Part shown: piece by piece, positions 52,041 through 60,550 of the stretch
Layout: every line of letters begins with the position of its first letter
Numbering within the stretch: position 1 is the first letter of the stretch
Made by a program: the position numbers and the translations under genes
Notes under the pieces: model-generated
Told to the model about the DNA's origin: nothing
The model's database searches: none
The model's input: the letters and a program-made list of their open reading frames with translations, nothing else
DNA from: an uncultured delta proteobacterium
Lineage (GTDB): Bacteria > Myxococcota > Myxococcia > Myxococcales > Myxococcaceae
Assembly (NCBI GenBank): GCA_963776345.1
Contig: CAVZMH010000001.1
Span: 32,001-96,000, forward strand
DNA: 64,000 nucleotides
Direction: 5' to 3'

Positions 52041-52706
52041 TCAGTCGCCGTTCCAGTCGGACGCCGGGAGGATCTTCCACCTGGTGTCGAGGCCCCTGGA
52101 CGTCGTGAAGCGGAGCACCCGCAGCGGCCAGCGGCGCACTTCCTTCCGCGGGCCCTCGAGGCTCTCGATGGTCATCCGGTGCACCTCGAGCGTGTAGGTG
52201 CCGTCCGTCCCCGCCTGCGCCAGCAGCGGCCGGAGGGGGTTCTTCGGGTGCCAGTACACGGGCTTCGAGACCCGGGCGATGTACGCCAGCACGGGCAGGG
52301 TCCGGACGAACCGGCTCGCCCGCTCGCGGGTTGGGGCGAGGAGCTTGTTCGCCTCGGCCTCGGAGAGCTCGCGGACCTGGATGTCGTTGCTCAGCGCGCC
52401 GGACTCGTTCAGGAGGTTTGCCAGCGTGACCCGGCCGGCCTTGTCGAGGTCGGCCATGAGCTGGGTAGCCGTCTGGAGCGCTCCGGTCTCCTTGCGCACC
52501 GGGTCCTCGGCGATGATCCGCCAGCTCCCGATGGTGGCGATCGACGCATTCATCGTCACCCCACCGAGCAGCGACTCCCGCGCGGCGTCGTCCCCCGCGC
52601 CCGTCAGGGCGTCCAGGTAAGCGCGGGCCACCTGGTGAACGGGGTCCTCCTGCGCGGCCGCGCCGAGCGAGATGACGAGGCAGGAGAGGAGGGCGATTCG
52701 CGACAC
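52041..52706 (-). CDS. Hypothetical exported protein
   Basis: Signal peptide, non-repetitive sequence, fills the gap; no recognised domain. Confidence 0.72.
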   Translation of the reverse strand: MSRIALLSCLVISLGAAAQEDPVHQVARAYLDALTGAGDDAARESLLGGVTMNASIATIGSWRIIAEDPVRKETGALQTATQLMADLDKAGRVTLANLLNESGALSNDIQVRELSEAEANKLLAPTRERASRFVRTLPVLAYIARVSKPVYWHPKNPLRPLLAQAGTDGTYTLEVHRMTIESLEGPRKEVRRWPLRVLRFTTSRGLDTRWKILPASDWNGD

Positions 52707-52837
52707 TGGGGGGAGAGATTGGAACTTTTACGACACCAGCCGCGGAGGCGTCGAGGCGCGTGGGGAGCAGGATGTAGGTTGCCCCTCCCGCGTGGAGGGC
52801 CTAACTCCCCTCGGGCGCTGGGCCGGACGGAGGAGAC

Positions 52838-53287
52838 GTGAGACACGGAAGACGGTGGTGGTTGCTCTTCGCGCTGCTGGGGGCGCTCGCCATGGCGCCC
52901 CGGGCGGCGGAGGCGCAGGAGTTCGATCTCGGGGTCGGGGCGGACTACTGGACCCAGTCGCCCGGGATGGGAATCTTCTCCTTCGGGCTGGACACGCTCT
53001 GGCGCGTGGCGCCCGGGTTCCAGCTCGGGTTCAAGCCGGGCTTCTTCCTCACGACCTCCGGCGACATCCCCGCCGGCATCCCACTGGACTTCAAGGCCCG
53101 GCTGAACGTGGGCCAGGCCTACGTCGACGGGTTCATCGGTCCGTGGTTCTTCTTCAAGGGGGACGTGGCGCGGATCCACGTGGGCATGGGCGCGGGCTGG
53201 CGGTTTGGACGGCTGCTCCTGGGCGGTGAGGTCTCGTACCTCAACAACGGAGCGACATTCGGAGGACGGCTCGGCTTCCAGCTCTGA
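52838..53287 (+). CDS. Small outer-membrane beta-barrel-like protein
   Basis: SD GGAGG; signal ending AEA; alternating Gly/aromatic strands; C-terminal GGRLGFQL. Confidence 0.72.
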   Translation: MRHGRRWWLLFALLGALAMAPRAAEAQEFDLGVGADYWTQSPGMGIFSFGLDTLWRVAPGFQLGFKPGFFLTTSGDIPAGIPLDFKARLNVGQAYVDGFIGPWFFFKGDVARIHVGMGAGWRFGRLLLGGEVSYLNNGATFGGRLGFQL

Positions 53288-53308
53288 CGCTGGCCGTGCG
53301 GCAGCCCC

Positions 53309-54145
53309 GTGGCAGACTCCCAGGCCAGGGTGAGAACGGCCTGGGCATGCGTGGCGGTCCTCGTCGCCTGCGCTCCGCAGTCGCAGCGGCTCGCCGAGAC
53401 CGGACACGCCAACCCCGAGCGGGCGGCGAAGGCCGAGCGTGATCTGGCCGCGGCCGCCGCGCCGCCCGCACCTCCGCTGCCAGCGGTGACGCCCGAGGTC
53501 GTGGCCCACGGCCGGCGTGACCGGAAGGAGATCGCCCTCACCTTCGATGCCTGCTCCACCCGCGACGTCAGCAAATACGACGACCGCGTGACCCAGGAGC
53601 TCCTCGCCGCCAACGCGCCGGCCACCATCTTCCTCGGCGGGAGCTGGGCGAAGGAGGAGGCGGCGCAAGTGAAGGCTCTGGCGAGCCATCCGCAGTTCGA
53701 GCTCGGGAACCACACCTACACCCATCCGCACCTGCCGGCGATGAAGGACGACGCGCGCCTCCGCGCCGAGCTGGCCCGCACCCAGGCCGAGGTGAAGGCG
53801 CTCACTGGACAGACCCCGCGCTTCTTCCGTCCGCCCTACGGCGAGTACGACCAGCGGGTGGTGCGCATCGCCGCCGAGCTCGGGCTCACCACCATCGAGT
53901 ACGACCTGCCCTCGGGAGACCCGGACGCGCACGCGACGAAGGAGAAGCTGGTGCACTGGGTGCTCTCGCAGGCCAAACCCGGGAGCATCGTGGTGATGCA
54001 CATCAACCACGTCCGCTTCCACACCGCGGAGGCGCTGCCGGACATCATCACCGGGCTGCGCCAGCGCGGGTTCACGCTGGTCACCGTGGGCCAGCTCGTC
54101 GGCGAGCTCCATCCGGGCGCTCCCGCCGTCGGGGCGGCCCCGTGA
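53309..54145 (+). CDS. Polysaccharide deacetylase (CE4/NodB), probable lipoprotein
   Basis: ALTFDA, NHTYTH, FRPPYG, IVVMH; LVAC lipobox-like sequence. Confidence 0.9.
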   Translation: MADSQARVRTAWACVAVLVACAPQSQRLAETGHANPERAAKAERDLAAAAAPPAPPLPAVTPEVVAHGRRDRKEIALTFDACSTRDVSKYDDRVTQELLAANAPATIFLGGSWAKEEAAQVKALASHPQFELGNHTYTHPHLPAMKDDARLRAELARTQAEVKALTGQTPRFFRPPYGEYDQRVVRIAAELGLTTIEYDLPSGDPDAHATKEKLVHWVLSQAKPGSIVVMHINHVRFHTAEALPDIITGLRQRGFTLVTVGQLVGELHPGAPAVGAAP

Positions 54146-54870
54146 GCGCGGTGGTGGTCAGCGGGGACGCCCGCCGGCCCGAGGTGCTCGCGGAGGCGCT
54201 GGCGGGACGGCGGCCGACGTTCCTGCTGACGGACCCGCCTTACTGCCTCCTCACCCGCCGCCGGAAGGGCGGGGACGAGCGCGAGCGGCGGGCGCGCCGG
54301 AAGATCGATCAGGACCCCATCCACCGCTTCGAGGACGTGCGCGCGTACCGCCGCTTCACCGCCGAGTGGCTCCCCGCTGCGGCCCGCGCGGTCGAGGACG
54401 GCGGCACGCTGGCCATCTGGACCAACTTCCTCGGACGGCAGCCCATCCTCACGGTCGCGGCCGAGGCGGGCTTCGGCGTGCTCGCCGGCGAGTTCCTCTG
54501 GGCCAAGCTGACCACCGAGGGCGGCGGGAACGAGCGGCTGGCCCGGGTGTACGAGGTGGCGCTGGTGCTGCGCCGGGAGCCGCTGCCTGCACCGGTCCCC
54601 GGCGACGCGGCCCGGCCCTGGGCAGTGGTGGCCGGCTACGACGAGGAGGGTGAGGCGGCGCGCTGGGGAAGCCATCCCAACCACAAGCCGTTCGGCGTCC
54701 TCGAGCCGCTGCTGCGGACCTGGAGCCGCCCCGGAGAGCTGGTGCTCGACTGCTTCGCCGGGAGCGGGAGCATCCCCGCGGCGGCGGCGCGGCTCGGGCG
54801 CGACGTGGTCTGCATCGAGCTCGAGGCGGACTGGGCCGAGCGGGTCCGGGACCGCCTGGCCGGCGGCTGA
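54142..54870 (+). CDS. Orphan N6-adenine/N4-cytosine DNA methyltransferase (beta class order)
   Basis: TDPPY (motif IV) precedes HPNHKP and VLDCFAGSGS (motif I). Confidence 0.85.
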   Translation: MSAVVVSGDARRPEVLAEALAGRRPTFLLTDPPYCLLTRRRKGGDERERRARRKIDQDPIHRFEDVRAYRRFTAEWLPAAARAVEDGGTLAIWTNFLGRQPILTVAAEAGFGVLAGEFLWAKLTTEGGGNERLARVYEVALVLRREPLPAPVPGDAARPWAVVAGYDEEGEAARWGSHPNHKPFGVLEPLLRTWSRPGELVLDCFAGSGSIPAAAARLGRDVVCIELEADWAERVRDRLAGG

Positions 54871-54935
54871 GCCAGATCGACGCCGGCGCGCCGCTGCGCC
54901 GGCCCCGCAGGCGTCCCCCTGGTGCGGGGGGCTGA
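54868..54935. repeat. REP-like intergenic repeat, copy 2
   Basis: Core 54911-54935 is identical to 35755-35779. Confidence 0.75.
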
Positions 54936-54945
54936 GCCCGGGGGC

Positions 54946-55137
54946 TCACTCGCGCGGCGCGTCCTCGGTTCTCGGCCGGAAGTACTGGCACGCGTGCACC
55001 GGCTGGCGTGGGTACCGCTCCGGCACCAGCGGGCAGAGGATGAAGGTGCTCCGGGCGGTGTGGACGTACCTGGGCGGCGCCGCGCAGCGGTGGCAGAGGC
55101 TGTCCGGAAAGGGAAGGGGAGCCGGAGACTCGCTCAC
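54946..55137 (-). CDS. Small Cys-rich hypothetical protein
   Basis: 63 aa, CHRC...FILCP...YPRQPVHAC; SD AGGGGAG; starts 19 nt after the fadL stop. Confidence 0.65.
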   Translation of the reverse strand: MSESPAPLPFPDSLCHRCAAPPRYVHTARSTFILCPLVPERYPRQPVHACQYFRPRTEDAPRE

Positions 55138-55156
55138 GGCTCCCCTTCAAGCACAC

Positions 55157-56368
55157 CTAGATCTTGAACCCGAGGGTCAGGCTGAGCACGTGCGCGCCGG
55201 CGCTGTACGAGGCCGGGAAGTACGGGCTGGTGCTCGTCTGCCCGAAGAAGAAGATGTACTGGTACCCCGCGTCGATGCGGAACGCACCCCAGCGGTAGGT
55301 GCCGCCGATCGCCACGTTGAGGCGGTCCGCGTCCGGGACGTCCGGCAGGAGGGTGTACGTCCCGCTCGGGGTCTTGTCGTAGAGGAGGCCGAGGCGGAGC
55401 TGGACGTGCTCGCTGAGCGTGTACTCGGCGCCGATCCGGTAGTTCCAGCTGTGGCTCCAGAACTTGGCCTCGTAGGTGTTGAGGGACGGGTTCTGGAAGC
55501 GGATGTCGATGGCCTGGAACTGCTGCCAGGTGAAGTAGGTGATGTCCGCGTCCAGCGCCAGCTCGGGCGTCGCGTGAACAGCCACACCGAACCCGATGGT
55601 GTGCGGGAGGTTGAACTTGGTGGTGACCTCCTGGTCCACGAAGGTCGAGGCGTACGGCGGCGGGACGTTGGTGAAGTGCGCCCGGCCGGTGAAGTCCAGG
55701 CTCACCGCACTCCGGTAGTACGCGCCAAGCTGCAGGACCTTCTCGATCGCCTCGTACTGCACGCCGACGTTTCCGCCGTAGCCCCAGGTCGCCGCGCCCA
55801 GGTCGGCGCTCACGTACTGTCCGGAGAGCGGGCCGATGTCCTTCTGCAGCTCGACCGTGGAGCGGACCAGCTGGAAGCCGGCGCCGATCCGGAAGGGTCC
55901 GGACTTGAAGGCCACGGTGGGGTTGATGTCGAAGGTCTGGAAGTTGGCCTGGGTGATGATGGTCCGGCCGATCCAGTCCGAGTTCCACTCCACCTTGAGG
56001 CCGTAGGGCGAGAACACCCCGATGCCCACCGTCCACTCGTCGCTGATCCCGTAGGTGAAGTAGACGTGCGGCGGGGGGATGACGTTGGTGACGCCGCTGA
56101 TCTCCTGGCCTGCGGAGGGACCTGTGGTCGGCGTGGCCTTGAAGGTGGGGATGATGGGCGAGGCGCCGAGCATGATCTCCATCCCCTGGCCCTGCGCGAT
56201 GCCGGCGGGGTTGTAGTAGATGGCCGCCGCGTCGTCGACCAGGCCGATCTGCGCGCCGGCCATCCCCACGCCGCGGGCGGAGTGCAGGTCGACCGCGATG
56301 CCCGCTGCCCGGGCAGAGCCCCCGGCCACCGCGGCCAGGCCCATCACTGCGAACATGAGCTTCTTCAT
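55157..56368 (-). CDS. fadL: Outer-membrane long-chain fatty acid transporter (FadL/OmpP1)
   Basis: Signal peptide, DDAAAIYYNPAG hatch motif, PYGL, INPTVA, PDADR, beta-strand C-terminus. Confidence 0.92.
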   Translation of the reverse strand: MKKLMFAVMGLAAVAGGSARAAGIAVDLHSARGVGMAGAQIGLVDDAAAIYYNPAGIAQGQGMEIMLGASPIIPTFKATPTTGPSAGQEISGVTNVIPPPHVYFTYGISDEWTVGIGVFSPYGLKVEWNSDWIGRTIITQANFQTFDINPTVAFKSGPFRIGAGFQLVRSTVELQKDIGPLSGQYVSADLGAATWGYGGNVGVQYEAIEKVLQLGAYYRSAVSLDFTGRAHFTNVPPPYASTFVDQEVTTKFNLPHTIGFGVAVHATPELALDADITYFTWQQFQAIDIRFQNPSLNTYEAKFWSHSWNYRIGAEYTLSEHVQLRLGLLYDKTPSGTYTLLPDVPDADRLNVAIGGTYRWGAFRIDAGYQYIFFFGQTSTSPYFPASYSAGAHVLSLTLGFKI

Positions 56369-56399
56369 GTGCATGTGCCTTTCCTGGGTGTTCGGGTGA

Positions 56400-59350
56400 T
56401 CAGGGGAACGGCGGCGGCGCACCGGCGATGAAGGCGCCGATCTGCTGCTGCCCGCTCGTGGTCAGTGCCACACCTGAGGCGTTGGGGTACGGCTGGAGCA
56501 GGAATCCGTGGCGTGCGGCGACCGGCACGTTGGACAGAGCGTTCCCCGCTCCCAGGTTGGTCGCGTCGTTGTACTGGTAGGACCAGAGGGGCGCGGCCGA
56601 GAGCCGCGTGGGGTCGGCGACCACCGAGCCGGACGCGGCGTTCACCAGCTCCACCGTGGTGGGGTTGACCACGACCTGGTCGTCCAGGATCCACTGGACG
56701 AGCGCCCGGCGCGTCGCCGGATTGATGTTCGGCGGAAGCGGCGCGGGCAACTTGGCGGAGTGGGTCAGGTAGTACGCCGCGTTGACCGGGTCGGCCGGGT
56801 CGATGATCCACTTCGCGATCCCGAGGAACTGATCGTACGTCGGCGAGTTCTGGGCGATGCCCTGCGCCGCCAGCCCGGCGATGAAGGCGTTCTTCTGCGC
56901 GGCGAAGCTCGGCGAGGTCAGGAGATTGAGCACCCAGTCCGAGCCGGCCACGTCCAGGGCGGTGTTGCCGACCTCCGGCGCCACCGCGGTGTAGAGCGCG
57001 CCGAGGAAGCTGCCCAGGCTCTGGCCGACGTAGCTGATCTTCGTCGGGTCGAGCTTCACCGCCGTGCCCGGAGGGGTGGTGTTGATGCCGGCGGGACCCG
57101 CGGTGGCGATCACCCGGGCGAGCTGCCCGTGGGAGATGACCTGCTGGCGGATGTTGTCCCGGGTGGCGAAGAAGTCCACCAGGTTGAGCAGGTTCCAGCC
57201 GGAGACGGGGATGGTCACCCCCGGGGCGACGGTGACGCCCGCGGCGAACCCGGCGCCCGTGCCCTCGCAGTGGTTGTCCGGAGCGCAGGCGCCCTGTCCC
57301 GCGGCGAGGCAGACCAGGTCCGAGGTCGGGTCGGCGAAGGTGCAGGCCGCGGTGCCCCGGTTGGTGAGCTGGCACCGCCCCGCGGCGTTGCAGCTCTGGG
57401 TGGTCGGGTTCGAGCAGGCGTACGCGTCGGTGAAGAGGGTCTGCGCGGTGGCGAGGTTCAGGTAGTGGCCGAACCCGATGCAGGTGTTCCGGTCACCGTG
57501 CCACGGCTCGTCGATGGCGATGGTGACCTGGCCGGCCAGGGCGAGGGTGTTGGCGATGGCGTAGGCGTTGGTCTTGTTGCCGGTGAGGCCGTGGCCGAAG
57601 ATGGTCACCGGCCAGCCGTTGGCCGGAGCGGTGCCCGCGGGGATGGCCATCACGAAGGGCATCTTCTTCGCCACCGCGTCCGCCAGCCCGGGCGTGAAGT
57701 GGGTGGAGTTCAGCGCCCACAGGTCCAGGATCTCACCGGCCCAGAAGGCGGCCACCGCGGCGTGCGGGACGCCGAGCGCGTCGAGCTGCGCGGTCACGGT
57801 GGCGGTGATGTCGGCGACCCACAGCGGGGTCGCCGGGACCTGGGCGACGGTGGGGGCGGCGTGGATCTGGGCCAGGATGGAGACGGTGCTCTGGGTGGTG
57901 AAGGCCCAGGCGAGGGCGACCTTCTTCCGCGGCAGCCCGCCGGCCGCGAGCTGATCGAAGAGCGGCTTCAGGCCGAGGCGGAGCTGCTCCAGCTGCCCGG
58001 CCTGGGCATCGGTGAGGAGGCTCACCGTGCTCTTGCCATTGGCGAACAGCGGAGCCGAGGAGCGCGCCAGGGCGAAGGCCGGGCTGGGGATGACGTTCTT
58101 GCTCAGGTTGTCGGTGAGGTCGGTGGTGATGTACGCCGCGTACTGCGTGCGCTCGGTGAGCGGGACGCGCGGCACGATCTCCAGGGTCTCGGGCTTGGTT
58201 CCGCCGTCGATCAGCGTCGGGCTGACCGTGCAGTTCACGCAGGCGAAGGCGTTGAGCGGGATGCCGGCGTCTGCCCCGCTGCTCGCGACGGCGAGCATGT
58301 TGATCGGGCTGGTCGCCCCCAGGTTGTACGGCGTCCCGGGCAGCTTGCCCTGGATGAGCGCACCGGTCTCCGTCCCGAACTCGCTGACGATGGGAGCGGT
58401 GGTGGAGAACCCGTCGAGGGTGTTGAGGCCGGTGTAGAGCTGGGTCAGGAGCCCCGCGTCCGGAGGCACCGGCAGGGTGACCTGCTTCCCGGTCGGGTTC
58501 AGGATGTCGTTGGGGAAGGGGATGATGTTGTTGGCCGGATCGAAGGTGACCTCGGCCTGGCTGGTGATGGTGAAGGTCCAGGCAATCGCGATGTCGGTCG
58601 GCTTCACCCCGACTGCCGTCACACCGTCGATCAGCGGCTTGTAGTTCAGCCGGAGCGCCTCGAGCTGCTTGGCCAGCGCGACCTGCTGTGCGTACTGGGC
58701 GGCCGGGTCCTTCTCGGTCGTCGGGATCGCGCTGGTGCCCAGGACGCAGCCGTTCGCGTCACAGGTGACCAGCGGAGTGTCGCTCAGCGACCAGCGCCCA
58801 GGTCGGCGACCCGGTCACGGTCTGCCCGGACTTCTTCCCCTTGACCCCGTTGGCGCCGCCGACCACCACGATTCCGTAGTGGTGGCCACGGGTCCAGTAG
58901 CCGCTCTTCGGGGCTGATGTTCAGCGACTGCGCCCCGTTCGGCGCATCCGAGACGCTGATGTTCACGGTCGTGATCGGCAGGTTGGCGGTGATGTCGAAC
59001 ACCGCCAGGTTCCCGCCCACCCCGGAAAAGAGCTCCACCGAGGTGACGTCGATCGGCTTGTCGAACAGGACCGACGCCGTCGACTCCATCGGGAACCCGT
59101 CGAGCAGGTTCAGGTAGTCGCGGTTGAACTCGTTCTGCGCGTCGGTCCCGCCCGTGGTCGGCGCGTGGAGCACGGTGTCGAAGTTCCCGTTCGCGTCGAG
59201 GAACACCAGGTCGTTGGGAAGCGGGATGACGCTGTTGGCGGGATCGAACTCGGCCTCCACGTACTTGGTCGAGTTGTCCGGGCCGGTCGGAATGTCAGGG
59301 CTGCACGCGGCGAACCCCACCGCGAGCGCGAGAAGCAGCAACCTCTTCAT
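56400..59350 (-). pseudogene. Large extracellular lipase-like lipoprotein (Pla-1/Cef-like) with two +1 frameshifts (pseudogene or sequencing error)
   Basis: Lipobox FAAC; IFGHG, IDEPWHG, GQSLG nucleophile, DPADP, D..V.N, HGFLL. Frame changes near 58910-58913 and 58788-58791; removing two bases gives 983 codons. Confidence 0.82.
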
Positions 59351-59389
59351 CTGGGAACCCCCTCCGCAAGGGCCGCCCGAGCCTCGGCC

Positions 59390-59405
59390 ACTGACTCGGA
59401 AATCA
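59390..59405. promoter_or_regulatory. Candidate operator upstream of the lipase-fadL operon
   Basis: ACTGACTCGGAAATCA, 14/16 identical to 51922-51937, same orientation relative to its gene. Confidence 0.6.
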
Positions 59406-59551
59406 GGCTGGCTTGTAGATGGTTTCGGTGCATGCGCCAAGCGAATTGGGGCCATTTCCGGGCCCTTACGCAGCGAGTCAAGAATGCGTTGCGCGAATGG
59501 CAGTCAGTCGTTCGCTGCAAGTGCGTGGCCCACGGGTTAAGGCTCGGCGTC

Positions 59552-59947
59552 ATGAGCACTGCGCGAACCATCACCGCCCAGAACTTCCGGGAGACCGTCG
59601 AGGCCGGGGGAATCGTCATCCTCGACTTCTGGGCTCCCTGGTGTGGCCCCTGCCGTGGGTTCGCCCCGGCCTTCGAGAAGGCCGCCGGCGACAACCCGGA
59701 CGTGGTCTTCGGGAAGGTCAACACCGACGAGGAGCAGCAGCTCGCCGCGACGTTCGAGATCCAGAGCATCCCCACGCTCATGATCTTCCGGGACAAGTTC
59801 CTGCTCTTCCGGCAGGCCGGCGCGCTCCCCCCGGCGGCCCTGGCCGACGTGGTGGCCCAGGCCAAGGCGCTGGACATGGAGAAGGTCCGCGCCGAGATCG
59901 CCGCGCACGAGGCCGCGGAGAAGGCCGCCAAGACGCCGTCCGCCTGA
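59552..59947 (+). CDS. Thioredoxin
   Basis: DFWAPWCGPC, IQSIPTL. Confidence 0.95.
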   Translation: MSTARTITAQNFRETVEAGGIVILDFWAPWCGPCRGFAPAFEKAAGDNPDVVFGKVNTDEEQQLAATFEIQSIPTLMIFRDKFLLFRQAGALPPAALADVVAQAKALDMEKVRAEIAAHEAAEKAAKTPSA

Positions 59948-60021
59948 GCCCGGGCGGCCCGCTCGCCTTCGTCGGTCTCCCGGGCGTTCCCCCCGGTACG
60001 GAGGTCGACCCTCTCGTCGCC

Positions 60022-60507
60022 TCAGCCGCTCCCGGGTCCGGCCTTCTGGATGAGGGCGACGAGCGCCTGCATGACGCGCTGGTAGTCCGCCGGCGCGAGC
60101 AGGAGCTGCGCTCCGCGGATGCCCGCCGAGATGGAGATGAGCGGCCAGTCGAGCGCCGAGGTGTCGAGCACCACCGGGTAGTCCCGCTTCCCGGCGAGCG
60201 CGGTCACGCCTCCGCGCACGTATCCGGTCAGCGGCTGAACCTCCTTGAGCGGAACCGTCTCGCAGCGGCGATCGCCCCGGGCCCGCGCCAGGGCCTTGAG
60301 GTCCAGCTCCCGGTCGCCCGGGACCACCGCCAGGCAGACCCCCGTCCGGTCTCCCCGGCAGACCAGCGTCTTGAACAGCTGGGCGGCCGGGAGCCCCACC
60401 TTCTCCGCCACCCGGAGTGCCGACAGGTCGTCCGGATCCACCGGATAGGTCCGCAACTCGTACCGGATGTTCAGTGAGTCCAGTAGCCTGGCGGCGTTGG
60501 TCTTCAT
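60022..60507 (-). CDS. ybaK: Cys-tRNA(Pro) deacylase
   Basis: MKTNAARLLD, FKTLV, LDLKALA, TGYVRGG, SAGIRG. Confidence 0.93.
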   Translation of the reverse strand: MKTNAARLLDSLNIRYELRTYPVDPDDLSALRVAEKVGLPAAQLFKTLVCRGDRTGVCLAVVPGDRELDLKALARARGDRRCETVPLKEVQPLTGYVRGGVTALAGKRDYPVVLDTSALDWPLISISAGIRGAQLLLAPADYQRVMQALVALIQKAGPGSG

Positions 60508-60550
60508 CGGGGCTGGTTTGCGCCCGGACGCTGCTAGGGTCGGCCGGCGC

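Noticed and set aside
26675..54870. Anti-phage defence island from Sir2, HNH, MoxR-vWA and the methyltransferase
   Set aside because: The genes are scattered among housekeeping loci, the Sir2 is a standard Zn-binding CobB, and there is no compositional shift or mobility gene.
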